From a virus (taxonomy: Duplodnaviria; Caudoviricetes), in the IMG/VR virus record IMGVR_UViG_3300020716_000019, positions 1 through 36,074 of that record: a stretch of 36,074 bases of DNA, one strand, 5' to 3'. Within the stretch, counting starts at the first letter, position 1, and the number at the start of each line of letters is the position of its first letter. The notes under the pieces were generated by a model, which had not been told where the DNA came from, searched no databases, and saw only the letters and a list, made by a program, of their open reading frames with translations. Below, piece by piece: positions 15,012 to 22,671 of the stretch. The translations under genes were made by a program, and so were the position numbers.

Positions 15012-16442
15012 TCAAAGCGGGTTGGCTGAACTGTGACCAAGGAACATGCCGCCGTTGTCCCCAAAACCGCTTTCGGGAACAATGCGGAAATTATTGGCGG
15101 TCTGGAACGCTTCGGAGCGTGCAAGCTGCGCCAAGATGCTTGCGCCTTCCTGCGCTGCCGCCTGGGCTTTTCCGTTCTGCCGTTGGCGCAACAGCATATC
15201 CCCGCGTGCGAATGCCATCAGGCATGGTTCCACGTTGTTGATCGGGGCCGTGTCGTAAGCGCCGAGGATTGGGCAAGCCATCTTGCCAAGCACGCGCAGA
15301 TTCACTGATAGTTGCGGGGCAGTGGTGAGGCGGACACGCTGATGGACTGGCAAATTTCCAGCAGCAGCCGACAAAGTTAAAGTTGGAAATGTGATGCGGC
15401 TCCAATAATTTGGGTCAGGCGGTGCAGGATAATATCCGGCAACATAAGTAACTGTTGGTAATGGAAGCGGAAAACTACCAATAGCTGAAATATATGGGTC
15501 TGTTGGTCCTGACGCATTTAGCGTAGGATCTTGCGAATACATGGTAGCACCAAGAGCTTGCAGCAAATAATAATCAGTGCCGTAAGTAGAGTTTAGATAT
15601 TCGGATATACCGTAAATCGTGCGAGCGCCAGGGCTTCCAACCAAAGCCCAAGACAGTGGCATGGTCAAACCATAAGGCTGGTAAAATCCATTGGCTTGAG
15701 TTTTTCCGGCACCGCTCACTAAGTAGCCACTTGGAGTCCATTTTAATTGGTAATAATACCCGTCAACTGGATTGCGAACAATCGAACCAACAGCAAGACC
15801 AGCATCGTTTACACCCACTTGATAATCGGCATACGTCAAATAAGCCTCGTTTGCATAAATAATTTCCATTGAACCAGTCGTAGCCGGTTTTGACGCATTG
15901 ACAATTTGCAATGCCGTTCCGATGGAATTTCCCATTGCTGAGGAATTTGCCGGAGTAGATGCCGAGATGTTTGTAACTCCATCAAGGCTGAATGTCGTAT
16001 TTACCGAAACCCCAGCATCAGCAGCAACACTAGATACAAGTGAAATTGCCTGCGGTGTGGCAAATTCGTAAACCATTGGCTTCAAAATCTGAAACTCCGT
16101 CGGGTCGCCCTGCATGTTGAGCCAGTCGGCATCCGTCCGATAGTAGCTTTCCAGACTGGCCACGCTCATGGCATGGCTGTCCTGCCGCACCGCCAGCACG
16201 GAATCAAACGCCACCGGCAGCAACAAGGTTGCCCGGCTCGGAATCCACACCGTATCCGCCAGCGTCGTGCTGCCGTCGGGATTCACCGTCATGGTCGCCT
16301 CGATGAGCGAAGACCGCCAGAGCTGCGTGTTCCAAATCATTTCAAGCCGGCGCTGCAAAAACATCTTCGCGGCGGACACGTCATCCGTGTCGTTCATCCC
16401 GCATTGCGCGCAAATGTGGTTGGCGAGATCGGTCAGGTTCAT
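15012..16442 (-). CDS. Head-tail adaptor / tail tubular protein A-like with internal insertion
   Basis: Helical N-terminus (MNLTDLANHICAQCG), GDPTEF, helical C-terminus (EPCLMAFARGDML..GKAQ). Directly upstream of the nozzle. Confidence 0.7.
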   Translation of the reverse strand: MNLTDLANHICAQCGMNDTDDVSAAKMFLQRRLEMIWNTQLWRSSLIEATMTVNPDGSTTLADTVWIPSRATLLLPVAFDSVLAVRQDSHAMSVASLESYYRTDADWLNMQGDPTEFQILKPMVYEFATPQAISLVSSVAADAGVSVNTTFSLDGVTNISASTPANSSAMGNSIGTALQIVNASKPATTGSMEIIYANEAYLTYADYQVGVNDAGLAVGSIVRNPVDGYYYQLKWTPSGYLVSGAGKTQANGFYQPYGLTMPLSWALVGSPGARTIYGISEYLNSTYGTDYYLLQALGATMYSQDPTLNASGPTDPYISAIGSFPLPLPTVTYVAGYYPAPPDPNYWSRITFPTLTLSAAAGNLPVHQRVRLTTAPQLSVNLRVLGKMACPILGAYDTAPINNVEPCLMAFARGDMLLRQRQNGKAQAAAQEGASILAQLARSEAFQTANNFRIVPESGFGDNGGMFLGHSSANPL

Positions 16443-16443
16443 A

Positions 16444-17907
16444 TCAGGGAGGGGTTATTACCACGTCCACGCGAACGGTGTTCAACGGGACCGAATAATA
16501 AGAATAGGTTCCAATGCGGACAAAATTAACCGTGTGCTGGTTGTCAATGTTCAGCACCATGAACGCGCCGTTATTGTCAGAGCTTTCCAAAACTGTGCCG
16601 TTCACATAATAATTCCCCGAGGCAAAAGGATACCGAAAATAGATGTCGTAAACCCCCGTCCGCGCCGTGTTCGGGTTGGTGAATGGCGTCGTCTCAACCG
16701 GAATCGCATCACAGTTAAATTGTGAATACGGCTGCAAGTAAGCCACCATGCAATTTGTTGTGATCCCTGAATTGATGGCAATGGGCGTCAGATCGGCCAC
16801 CGCGTTAGAGTATGTGGCGAAGACGGACAACTGTTTTTGCGTCGTATTGGTCCCCTCGACATTGATGTAATAAATCTGGTTTTGCTTCATGCCCGAGAAC
16901 GGGAGCGCCGTCGTGTTCGTCACGAAGGCGATGCCATAGACCGAGCCAAGCGCAAACGGCGCGGTGTTGGTGACGTAAACAAAATTCGCGTTCGTCGCCT
17001 GCGGGAACAGCGACCAATACTGCGGCTTGCCGTTGAACGAAATCTTTGCCGGCGTCAACGTGGCATTCTGGTTGGTGAACCATGCGTAAAGCGTCGCAAG
17101 CGTCACGGTCGTATTCGTAAACTGCTCGACGGAATTGATTGGGATGGTATCCCCGCCGGAAATCGTCGGGGCAGGATTCGTCGGGTTGAAAGCATTCGTC
17201 AACGTCAGTCCCACAATCGGAAAATTCGTCTGGTATCCCCATGCGTTCGTGAAATTGATGTTCGTGCCATAAACCAGCCATGGTTGAAACACCTGGTTGA
17301 ACGTGAACGGTAACGAGAAGTTTGTTCCGAGGTCAGCCGCTTCGGACGCTTCCAGATTGGAATACGCCAGCGCGTAAGGAATGCCGTTTGATCCCCAGAA
17401 CAAAGTCGATGGCTGGTTGTTCGTCTGCAAACCGGAGAACGGTCCCGACCAAAACGTCAGCGCCGGGCCGTTCGTCCCGCCATACGATAATTTGCTGACG
17501 GTGATGTAACTCGCCGCCCCCGACATCAAATTTGAATAGGTAACGGAGCGGATATAATTATTCGTCGGGTCGTAAAAAAGAAACGTCGCGTTGCTCTGCA
17601 CCGTGCTGCTCTGGGATTGGTAAAGCCAGAAGTTGGTGTTGCTATACAGCATTGCCTGCGCGTTGATGCGCCGGTAAACCTGATTCGCCGGATCGAGCGC
17701 GAGAAAATAATAACCGCTGCTCAAGGTCGGCGTCGTCTGCGCGTCGTTGAAAAACTGCACGCCGATGGTGCTATTATCAATCAGGCCGTGCAAATCACTC
17801 GCGTAAAGTTGCTGGCCATCGGTCAGCGTCGTCCCGCGAATGATTTCTGCTGCCGAAGCCGACAGCGCGCAAACCGCACAGAGAATGAGGGTGAATAGAG
17901 TTTTCAT
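16444..17907 (-). CDS. Tail fibre-like protein with Sec signal peptide
   Basis: MKTLFTLILCAVCALSASA-A, then IIRGTTLTDGQQLYASDLHGLIDN (podoviral fibre attachment-like). C-terminal TGVYDIYFRYPFASGNYYVNGT fibre-tip-like domain. Confidence 0.7.
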   Translation of the reverse strand: MKTLFTLILCAVCALSASAAEIIRGTTLTDGQQLYASDLHGLIDNSTIGVQFFNDAQTTPTLSSGYYFLALDPANQVYRRINAQAMLYSNTNFWLYQSQSSTVQSNATFLFYDPTNNYIRSVTYSNLMSGAASYITVSKLSYGGTNGPALTFWSGPFSGLQTNNQPSTLFWGSNGIPYALAYSNLEASEAADLGTNFSLPFTFNQVFQPWLVYGTNINFTNAWGYQTNFPIVGLTLTNAFNPTNPAPTISGGDTIPINSVEQFTNTTVTLATLYAWFTNQNATLTPAKISFNGKPQYWSLFPQATNANFVYVTNTAPFALGSVYGIAFVTNTTALPFSGMKQNQIYYINVEGTNTTQKQLSVFATYSNAVADLTPIAINSGITTNCMVAYLQPYSQFNCDAIPVETTPFTNPNTARTGVYDIYFRYPFASGNYYVNGTVLESSDNNGAFMVLNIDNQHTVNFVRIGTYSYYSVPLNTVRVDVVITPP

Positions 17908-18185
17908 TTTACTTTCCAGACTTCTTTCAGTTTGTTGACGGAAAACCCGCTTTGCCGGGCAATTTCACTGGCGGGTAACGTGGCTTCCATTTGTTTCAAC
18001 GCGCGCGGGATGGCCGCGTCGGCGCTTTTGGGGTCGAGGAAATCACCCGCCTTGTTCATGCGCGGGCGTCCCGTGCGCGACATCACCCGCCGCAGATTCG
18101 GCGGGCAATCATCCCGCCGCGTCACCGGCCGCAGCATTTCCTGCACGCGTCCGGTGCTCACGTCCTCATATTCGTAAATTGGCAT
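17904..18185 (-). CDS. FmdB-like protein with degenerate zinc ribbon
   Basis: MPIYEYE...CP..LRRVMS pattern without intact CxxC pairs. Confidence 0.6.
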   Translation of the reverse strand: MPIYEYEDVSTGRVQEMLRPVTRRDDCPPNLRRVMSRTGRPRMNKAGDFLDPKSADAAIPRALKQMEATLPASEIARQSGFSVNKLKEVWKVK

Positions 18186-18186
18186 A

Positions 18187-18387
18187 TTACGCTCCTACCA
18201 AAAGAATGAAGGCCAATTCGTTGCCCTTGATCGTTTCCAAGGTCGGCGTCCATTTATCGCCGTGCGTGTCCGTCCAGACTTCCACTTCAAACGGCACGCC
18301 GTCCGCCGTCCAGGTGGAGTCCGATTGCTTGGTGTAAGTGCCATTGACGAGCTTCACCGTGGCACCAACTTTGAAAGCGGTGTTCAT
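18187..18387 (-). CDS. Hypothetical protein
   Basis: TAATG coupling within the operon. Confidence 0.6.
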   Translation of the reverse strand: MNTAFKVGATVKLVNGTYTKQSDSTWTADGVPFEVEVWTDTHGDKWTPTLETIKGNELAFILLVGA

Positions 18388-18575
18388 TACGGGGCGGCAG
18401 GTTTTGGCGTGGTGTCAGGGATGTTAAACGTCGAATACGGCTTCACGCCGGCAAACAACGCTTCAATGTCGGCCACGGTCGGATTGGGTGCTTGAAACGC
18501 GGCGATGACCTGTTTGACGAAAGCCGGACCATATTGAAGGGCTTCGGTGATGGCAAAGGCAGCAATGGGACTCAT
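18387..18575 (-). CDS. Small amphipathic hypothetical protein
   Basis: Tight operon spacing downstream of the holin-like gene. Confidence 0.6.
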   Translation of the reverse strand: MSPIAAFAITEALQYGPAFVKQVIAAFQAPNPTVADIEALFAGVKPYSTFNIPDTTPKPAAP

Positions 18576-18576
18576 A

Positions 18577-19119
18577 TTATTTGACGTATTGGTTGAGGAT
18601 GGCGAGCAACGCTGCTTCCGCGTCGGTCACGGCCTGATTAGCCGTGGTCACGTCCGCAGCGTTCGGGGTGTTGTTGAGGATGGCTTTCTCGATGGCGGCT
18701 TTCGCTACCGTCTGCGCGGTGTAGTAGGCGTCATAAGCCTTGTGAACCGTGTCGATCTGTGACTGCGTGGCCTTGCCCGCAACCACCAAGTCATGCCAGA
18801 CAAACAAGCCGGTGTTGACGCTGGTGATGACGACCGCCTCACTGATGGCGGCTGAATGCGTTTGATTGGTCGAGCAACCCGCGCTGAACGTCAGCGCCAG
18901 CGCACCGATCAGCGCCAAAGCCGGCAGCTTGGCCGGCGGCGTGGCTGAACTGGCGTGTTGGAAATGGCTCCAAATGACGCCGACGAGCATCAGCACCAGG
19001 CCGATGACATCTTCGCTGTTGACGAGTCCGGCGGCTTGTTGCGCGCCGTGCGTGGCCAGAATGGTGCCGATAATTTTGAGCGCCGTTCGCACGGCTGAGG
19101 TGAGTTGGTCTTGATTCAT
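18577..19119 (-). CDS. Holin-like membrane protein fused to an internal lipobox and helical domain
   Basis: Hydrophobic helices (SAVRTALKIIGTILATHG; VIGLVLMLVGVIWS), then LALIGALALTFSAG-C. Confidence 0.6.
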   Translation of the reverse strand: MNQDQLTSAVRTALKIIGTILATHGAQQAAGLVNSEDVIGLVLMLVGVIWSHFQHASSATPPAKLPALALIGALALTFSAGCSTNQTHSAAISEAVVITSVNTGLFVWHDLVVAGKATQSQIDTVHKAYDAYYTAQTVAKAAIEKAILNNTPNAADVTTANQAVTDAEAALLAILNQYVK

Positions 19120-19151
19120 AGTTTGTTTTTGTTTGTTGGTTTACCGAAATT

Positions 19152-19490
19152 TTAGTGCGTCTTGTTCTCTTTGATCTGCTCACCGAGCACGGCAATGCTG
19201 GTTTTGATGTCGCTCACGGCTGCGGCTACGGCCGTCACCGCCGCTTGATTTTGTGAGTTGGCGGATCGGAGCGTGGCGTCCTCGGCGCTGAACCATGTCT
19301 TGCTGACAAATTTCACGTCATCATCCGCCGCCGCTTGAAGCAACGCCTTATCTTGCTTTAGCTCGATGGTGTCGAGCTGTTGCCGGTTGCCCCAAGACAT
19401 CGCGGCCAAAACAATGCCCACCACGAAAACCACCAGGTTGTCCGTCAGCCAGCCGTGGATTTTTCCTTTTGTTTCGTCGCTCATAGTCAT
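19152..19490 (-). CDS. Single-pass membrane protein with coiled coil (lysis-module-like)
   Basis: TM segment LVVFVVGIVLAAMSW, C-terminal heptads, ATGA overlap. Confidence 0.65.
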   Translation of the reverse strand: MTMSDETKGKIHGWLTDNLVVFVVGIVLAAMSWGNRQQLDTIELKQDKALLQAAADDDVKFVSKTWFSAEDATLRSANSQNQAAVTAVAAAVSDIKTSIAVLGEQIKENKTH

Positions 19491-19777
19491 TGGTTCGTCA
19501 CAATGTTGCTGATGTTTTTGGATTCGTTTCCGTGTGCGTCCAGGCCAACCGCCCAGCACGTCATAAAGTTTGTCGGCACTTTCCAAAGCGGGGCCGGATT
19601 GTCGAGATGATGCACCCCAGACGGGTCGAGCCAGTAAAGCCGGTAGCTGACCGCGTTGCTCGGCGTGGCCTGAGCCGTCCAGTTCGTCACCGCAGGCGTA
19701 ACGGCAGCGACAGGCGGCGTGGATGAACAGCCGATGCCAAACAGGATGACGATTAAGATGCCGCCGATAATTCTCAC
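19487..19777 (-). CDS. Lipoprotein with Fn3-like remnant
   Basis: GTG start, ILIVILFGIG-C lipobox, W..SYRLYW..AVGLDAHGNES..SN pattern. Confidence 0.65.
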   Translation of the reverse strand: MRIIGGILIVILFGIGCSSTPPVAAVTPAVTNWTAQATPSNAVSYRLYWLDPSGVHHLDNPAPLWKVPTNFMTCWAVGLDAHGNESKNISNIVTNQ

Positions 19778-19872
19778 CAGTCACCTCCGATTTTACCAAG
19801 ATGGATTGCGCTGCACCCGGCAAAGAAAAGTGTCATTGCCACCGCAACGAGTATGTAAGCAATAATTCTCAC
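19774..19872 (-). CDS. 32-aa lipoprotein (MRIIAYILVAVAMTLFFAG-CSAIHLGKIGGDW)
   Basis: GTGA overlaps at both ends and a canonical lipobox. Confidence 0.6.
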   Translation of the reverse strand: MRIIAYILVAVAMTLFFAGCSAIHLGKIGGDW

Positions 19873-21194
19873 GGTGCAAACTCCTTGGTGTAAGTGGTCG
19901 TTCCGTTTGTGCTTCCAGTGACAAATAAAAAGCCGTTGCTGCACCACATGCGCGCCCCCTTTTGACTTCCGATGTCGGCAAACGATGGCGTGTTGGTCTG
20001 CACCCAAAGGCTGAAAGCGTTGCCAATGGTCAACGGTGCGTAAAGGTTGGCCGTTGGCGTTGCGGCTGTGCGTGGCCAAAAGAACATTTCCGGTTGCGCG
20101 GGGTAAATCGGAATCGTGAAAGTGACCACGCCGGCATTGGTGGAAGCCGTGTAATTCGTGTAGGTCGTCCAGCCGTTCAACAACGAAAGGTTCGTGCTGG
20201 ATGAAATGACAAACGCCGATGGCAAATTCGTCTGCGGGATGGCCAAAAGTAAATTCGTCCCGGTGCCGTCAATGCTCAACGAGTTGTAGAGCGTCACCGT
20301 CGGAAACCCGATGTCGAAAGCAGTCCCGCCGAAGTGGCTGACGATCTGGTGAAAATAACCGTTCGTGTCGGTGGTATTTTGCCACTGCCCGGCGACCATG
20401 TTCTGCTCGGTCAAATCCACATAGTTCTTTGTCGCGGCGTCTTGCGGCTCCAGCGGGTCGCTGAACTGCGTGAACTGGCCGTAAAATCCGTTCGTGCGGC
20501 CAATATTTTCAGGATGGTCAATCGTTTGAATCACGATCGAGCCAAGCCCACCGCCCGCGCCGACGACCGCCAGAGAATAAGTGTTGGTGACATTGTTAAA
20601 ATTTGTCAGCACAAACCATCCAGAGGTGCCATTTGTCGAAGCCCAAATCTGCTCAAAAACATTCGTGGGAAAAGACAACCCGCCGCCGCCGGCTTGACCA
20701 CCGTTGAAGCTGATCGAGGTCCAACCGTTCGTAAATCGGCCGACATAATTGGAGCTGGCAAAAGTCCAATAATTTGACGCGAAAATTGTGAATTGCTGAC
20801 TCGACAAAACGCTGTTGCTGAATACCTGCACGAAGTTCGTGCCCGGTGCGCCTGGTGCGCCATTGCCGCCTTGCAGTCCCGTCGGCAAACCAAGTTGAAA
20901 AACATTCGGCGTGGATCCGTAGTTGACGCAGTAAGCCGATGCACCCGGTGCGAGCGTCACCGTATTGGTAAAGGTGATGGCGGCACCGCTGCCACCGCCC
21001 CCGCTCAGATTCGTCCCGCCCATCACAATCGAATCGACGTAGAGCGATTTGAACGGCACGTCCGAGCGCCCAAGGTCCGTCCAATGCGGCGCGACACTGC
21101 GCCAGACTGGATTGCGTTCAATGGATTCTGCCGCTGACGCCGTGAATATCCACGATGCCAGCAGCAGAAATGCCAATGTAAACCTTGAAAACAT
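19869..21194 (-). CDS. Fibre/spike-like protein with Sec signal peptide
   Basis: MFSRFTLAFLLLASWIFTASA-A, collagen-like GLQGGNGAPGAPG, DAATKNYVD fibre neck motif, very TN-rich. Confidence 0.7.
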   Translation of the reverse strand: MFSRFTLAFLLLASWIFTASAAESIERNPVWRSVAPHWTDLGRSDVPFKSLYVDSIVMGGTNLSGGGGSGAAITFTNTVTLAPGASAYCVNYGSTPNVFQLGLPTGLQGGNGAPGAPGTNFVQVFSNSVLSSQQFTIFASNYWTFASSNYVGRFTNGWTSISFNGGQAGGGGLSFPTNVFEQIWASTNGTSGWFVLTNFNNVTNTYSLAVVGAGGGLGSIVIQTIDHPENIGRTNGFYGQFTQFSDPLEPQDAATKNYVDLTEQNMVAGQWQNTTDTNGYFHQIVSHFGGTAFDIGFPTVTLYNSLSIDGTGTNLLLAIPQTNLPSAFVISSSTNLSLLNGWTTYTNYTASTNAGVVTFTIPIYPAQPEMFFWPRTAATPTANLYAPLTIGNAFSLWVQTNTPSFADIGSQKGARMWCSNGFLFVTGSTNGTTTYTKEFAP

Positions 21195-21584
21195 TTATCG
21201 CGTCGGTTTGATGATCGCAACAATGGATGAGTTTGTGGCCGTGGATGTCAGCGTGTTGGGCGTCGAACTGACCACGACCGTGCAGGCGTCAAAATCGCAT
21301 CCCTGCGCGCCAAAGGTCAGGAAGTAATTTGCACCCGCAGCGGCGGCGATACTGAACATGGGCGATGATCCGTTGGCCGGAACGGCGTTCGTATTGAACA
21401 CCTGAATGTAAACCGGCGTGATATTGGTGTTGAATCCGGCAATGTCATACACCTTGCATGAAGTGGTTGAGACGATGTTGGACAGCACCGGGGCACCCGT
21501 GCCGACAGGAATTGCCACCGAAGATTGAGCGTTGGCCGAACCCGTCAACACCGTTGCGAGTAGAATCAAAATCAGTTTCTTCAT
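21195..21584 (-). CDS. Small beta-sandwich decoration/spike-like protein with Sec signal peptide
   Basis: MKKLILILLATVLTGSANA-Q. VYIQVFN..VPANGSSP pattern of small phage structural proteins. Confidence 0.6.
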   Translation of the reverse strand: MKKLILILLATVLTGSANAQSSVAIPVGTGAPVLSNIVSTTSCKVYDIAGFNTNITPVYIQVFNTNAVPANGSSPMFSIAAAAGANYFLTFGAQGCDFDACTVVVSSTPNTLTSTATNSSIVAIIKPTR

Positions 21585-21601
21585 AATTAAAATAAAATTT
21601 G

Positions 21602-21637
21602 TGGCGCGGTGGAAACCATGACGAAACCACCGCGCCA
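21602..21637 (-). terminator. GC-rich hairpin, possible terminator or processing site
   Basis: tggcgcggtgg / ccaccgcgcca 11-bp stem, followed on the - strand by an A/T-rich run. Confidence 0.5.
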
Positions 21638-21641
21638 GTTT

Positions 21642-22007
21642 TCAGCTTATCCCGATGCCGCTTTGCGTCATCTGGTCCGCTTCATCTTTCAAGCCCTGCA
21701 TGCCAGTATCCTGAGCGTCGGACTGGCTGTCATTGTCGCCGTCCACGTCCTGCCCGTTCACCGCCGTTTTTTGCACGGTGACCACGTTGCCCTGAATGCT
21801 CACCACTTTGCCGGTAACTTGGTAATTCACTTCATCGCCCACGGCCGGCGGCTGCATCTGCTCTTGGTCGTCCGGCATGGACAACGCATCGAGCGAAACG
21901 GTGTCCGTCGGGCTGGCCATCGCGCCGGCGGCTGCGTCCGGTTCCTTGCCTTCGGGCAGCGCAGACCCTTCGCTAAAGGTTTCGTCAGTGGGTGATTTTG
22001 GGTTCAT
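21642..22007 (-). CDS. Acidic hypothetical protein
   Basis: D/E-rich with a small beta-barrel-like core (PAVGDEVNYQVTGKVVSIQG). ATGA overlap. Confidence 0.7.
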   Translation of the reverse strand: MNPKSPTDETFSEGSALPEGKEPDAAAGAMASPTDTVSLDALSMPDDQEQMQPPAVGDEVNYQVTGKVVSIQGNVVTVQKTAVNGQDVDGDNDSQSDAQDTGMQGLKDEADQMTQSGIGIS

Positions 22008-22591
22008 TGGTAGGTGGCCGTTATGGCATTAAGGTTGCAAGAACTTGTTCCACTGATTTCGCAATACAAGGGATAGCCTTTTTGTCCGGCATACACACCT
22101 GAGCCAACCACTGAAACTGTGGCTGCGCCTACGGGTATAGTTCCAGCCGGAGTCAATGCGTAAATGCGATCACCGGCCGCAGCCGCCACCGTTGATGTCC
22201 AAGCGCCAAGTAGTTGGTTAGTTTGTGTCACAGAACTTACTTGCAGTTTCTCATAGGTATCTGTGGCAAAATGCCGCAGCAACACAATCTGCCCAGCCAC
22301 GCCAAAGTTGTTCGTGGACGTAACGTAATTTGTGTTTCCAAAGCTAGCCGCAGTAATGTCAGCCACGTTCGTTACCGAATAGAACGTGATTGAGCTGCTC
22401 GCAAGATCAGATGTAGCGTTGATGTAAGTGACCAAAGGCGTTCCATTATTGGATGACAACACGGAAACGCAGGCGTAACAATTCGTTGCCCCCATTTTTG
22501 TGCCACCCCCGCCAAAGACAGTTTGCCCGAATGAACTTGCGACGGAACCCAACAGTAAAAAAGTCAGAATTATATTTTTCAGAATTTTCAT
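22004..22591 (-). CDS. Post-capsid decoration-like protein with signal peptide
   Basis: MKILKNIILTFLLLGSVASSFG-Q, beta-rich S/T/N composition. Immediately downstream of the capsid gene and AT-richer than its flanks. Confidence 0.65.
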   Translation of the reverse strand: MKILKNIILTFLLLGSVASSFGQTVFGGGGTKMGATNCYACVSVLSSNNGTPLVTYINATSDLASSSITFYSVTNVADITAASFGNTNYVTSTNNFGVAGQIVLLRHFATDTYEKLQVSSVTQTNQLLGAWTSTVAAAAGDRIYALTPAGTIPVGAATVSVVGSGVYAGQKGYPLYCEISGTSSCNLNAITATYQ

Positions 22592-22633
22592 AGTCGTGAT
22601 TAAATTTGTGTTTTTGGAATTTGTTTAATTAAG

Positions 22634-22663
22634 CAGCGCGGCGGCTGTTACACCGCCGCGCTG
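22634..22663 (-). terminator. Hairpin after the major capsid gene
   Basis: cagcgcggcgg / ccgccgcgctg 11-bp perfect stem with a weak U-tract. Confidence 0.6.
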
Positions 22664-22671
22664 TTGTTTAC

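Noticed and set aside
15350-17907. Diversity-generating retroelement targeting fibre or adaptor
   Set aside because: No reverse transcriptase gene and no TR/VR repeat pair differing at adenines were seen.
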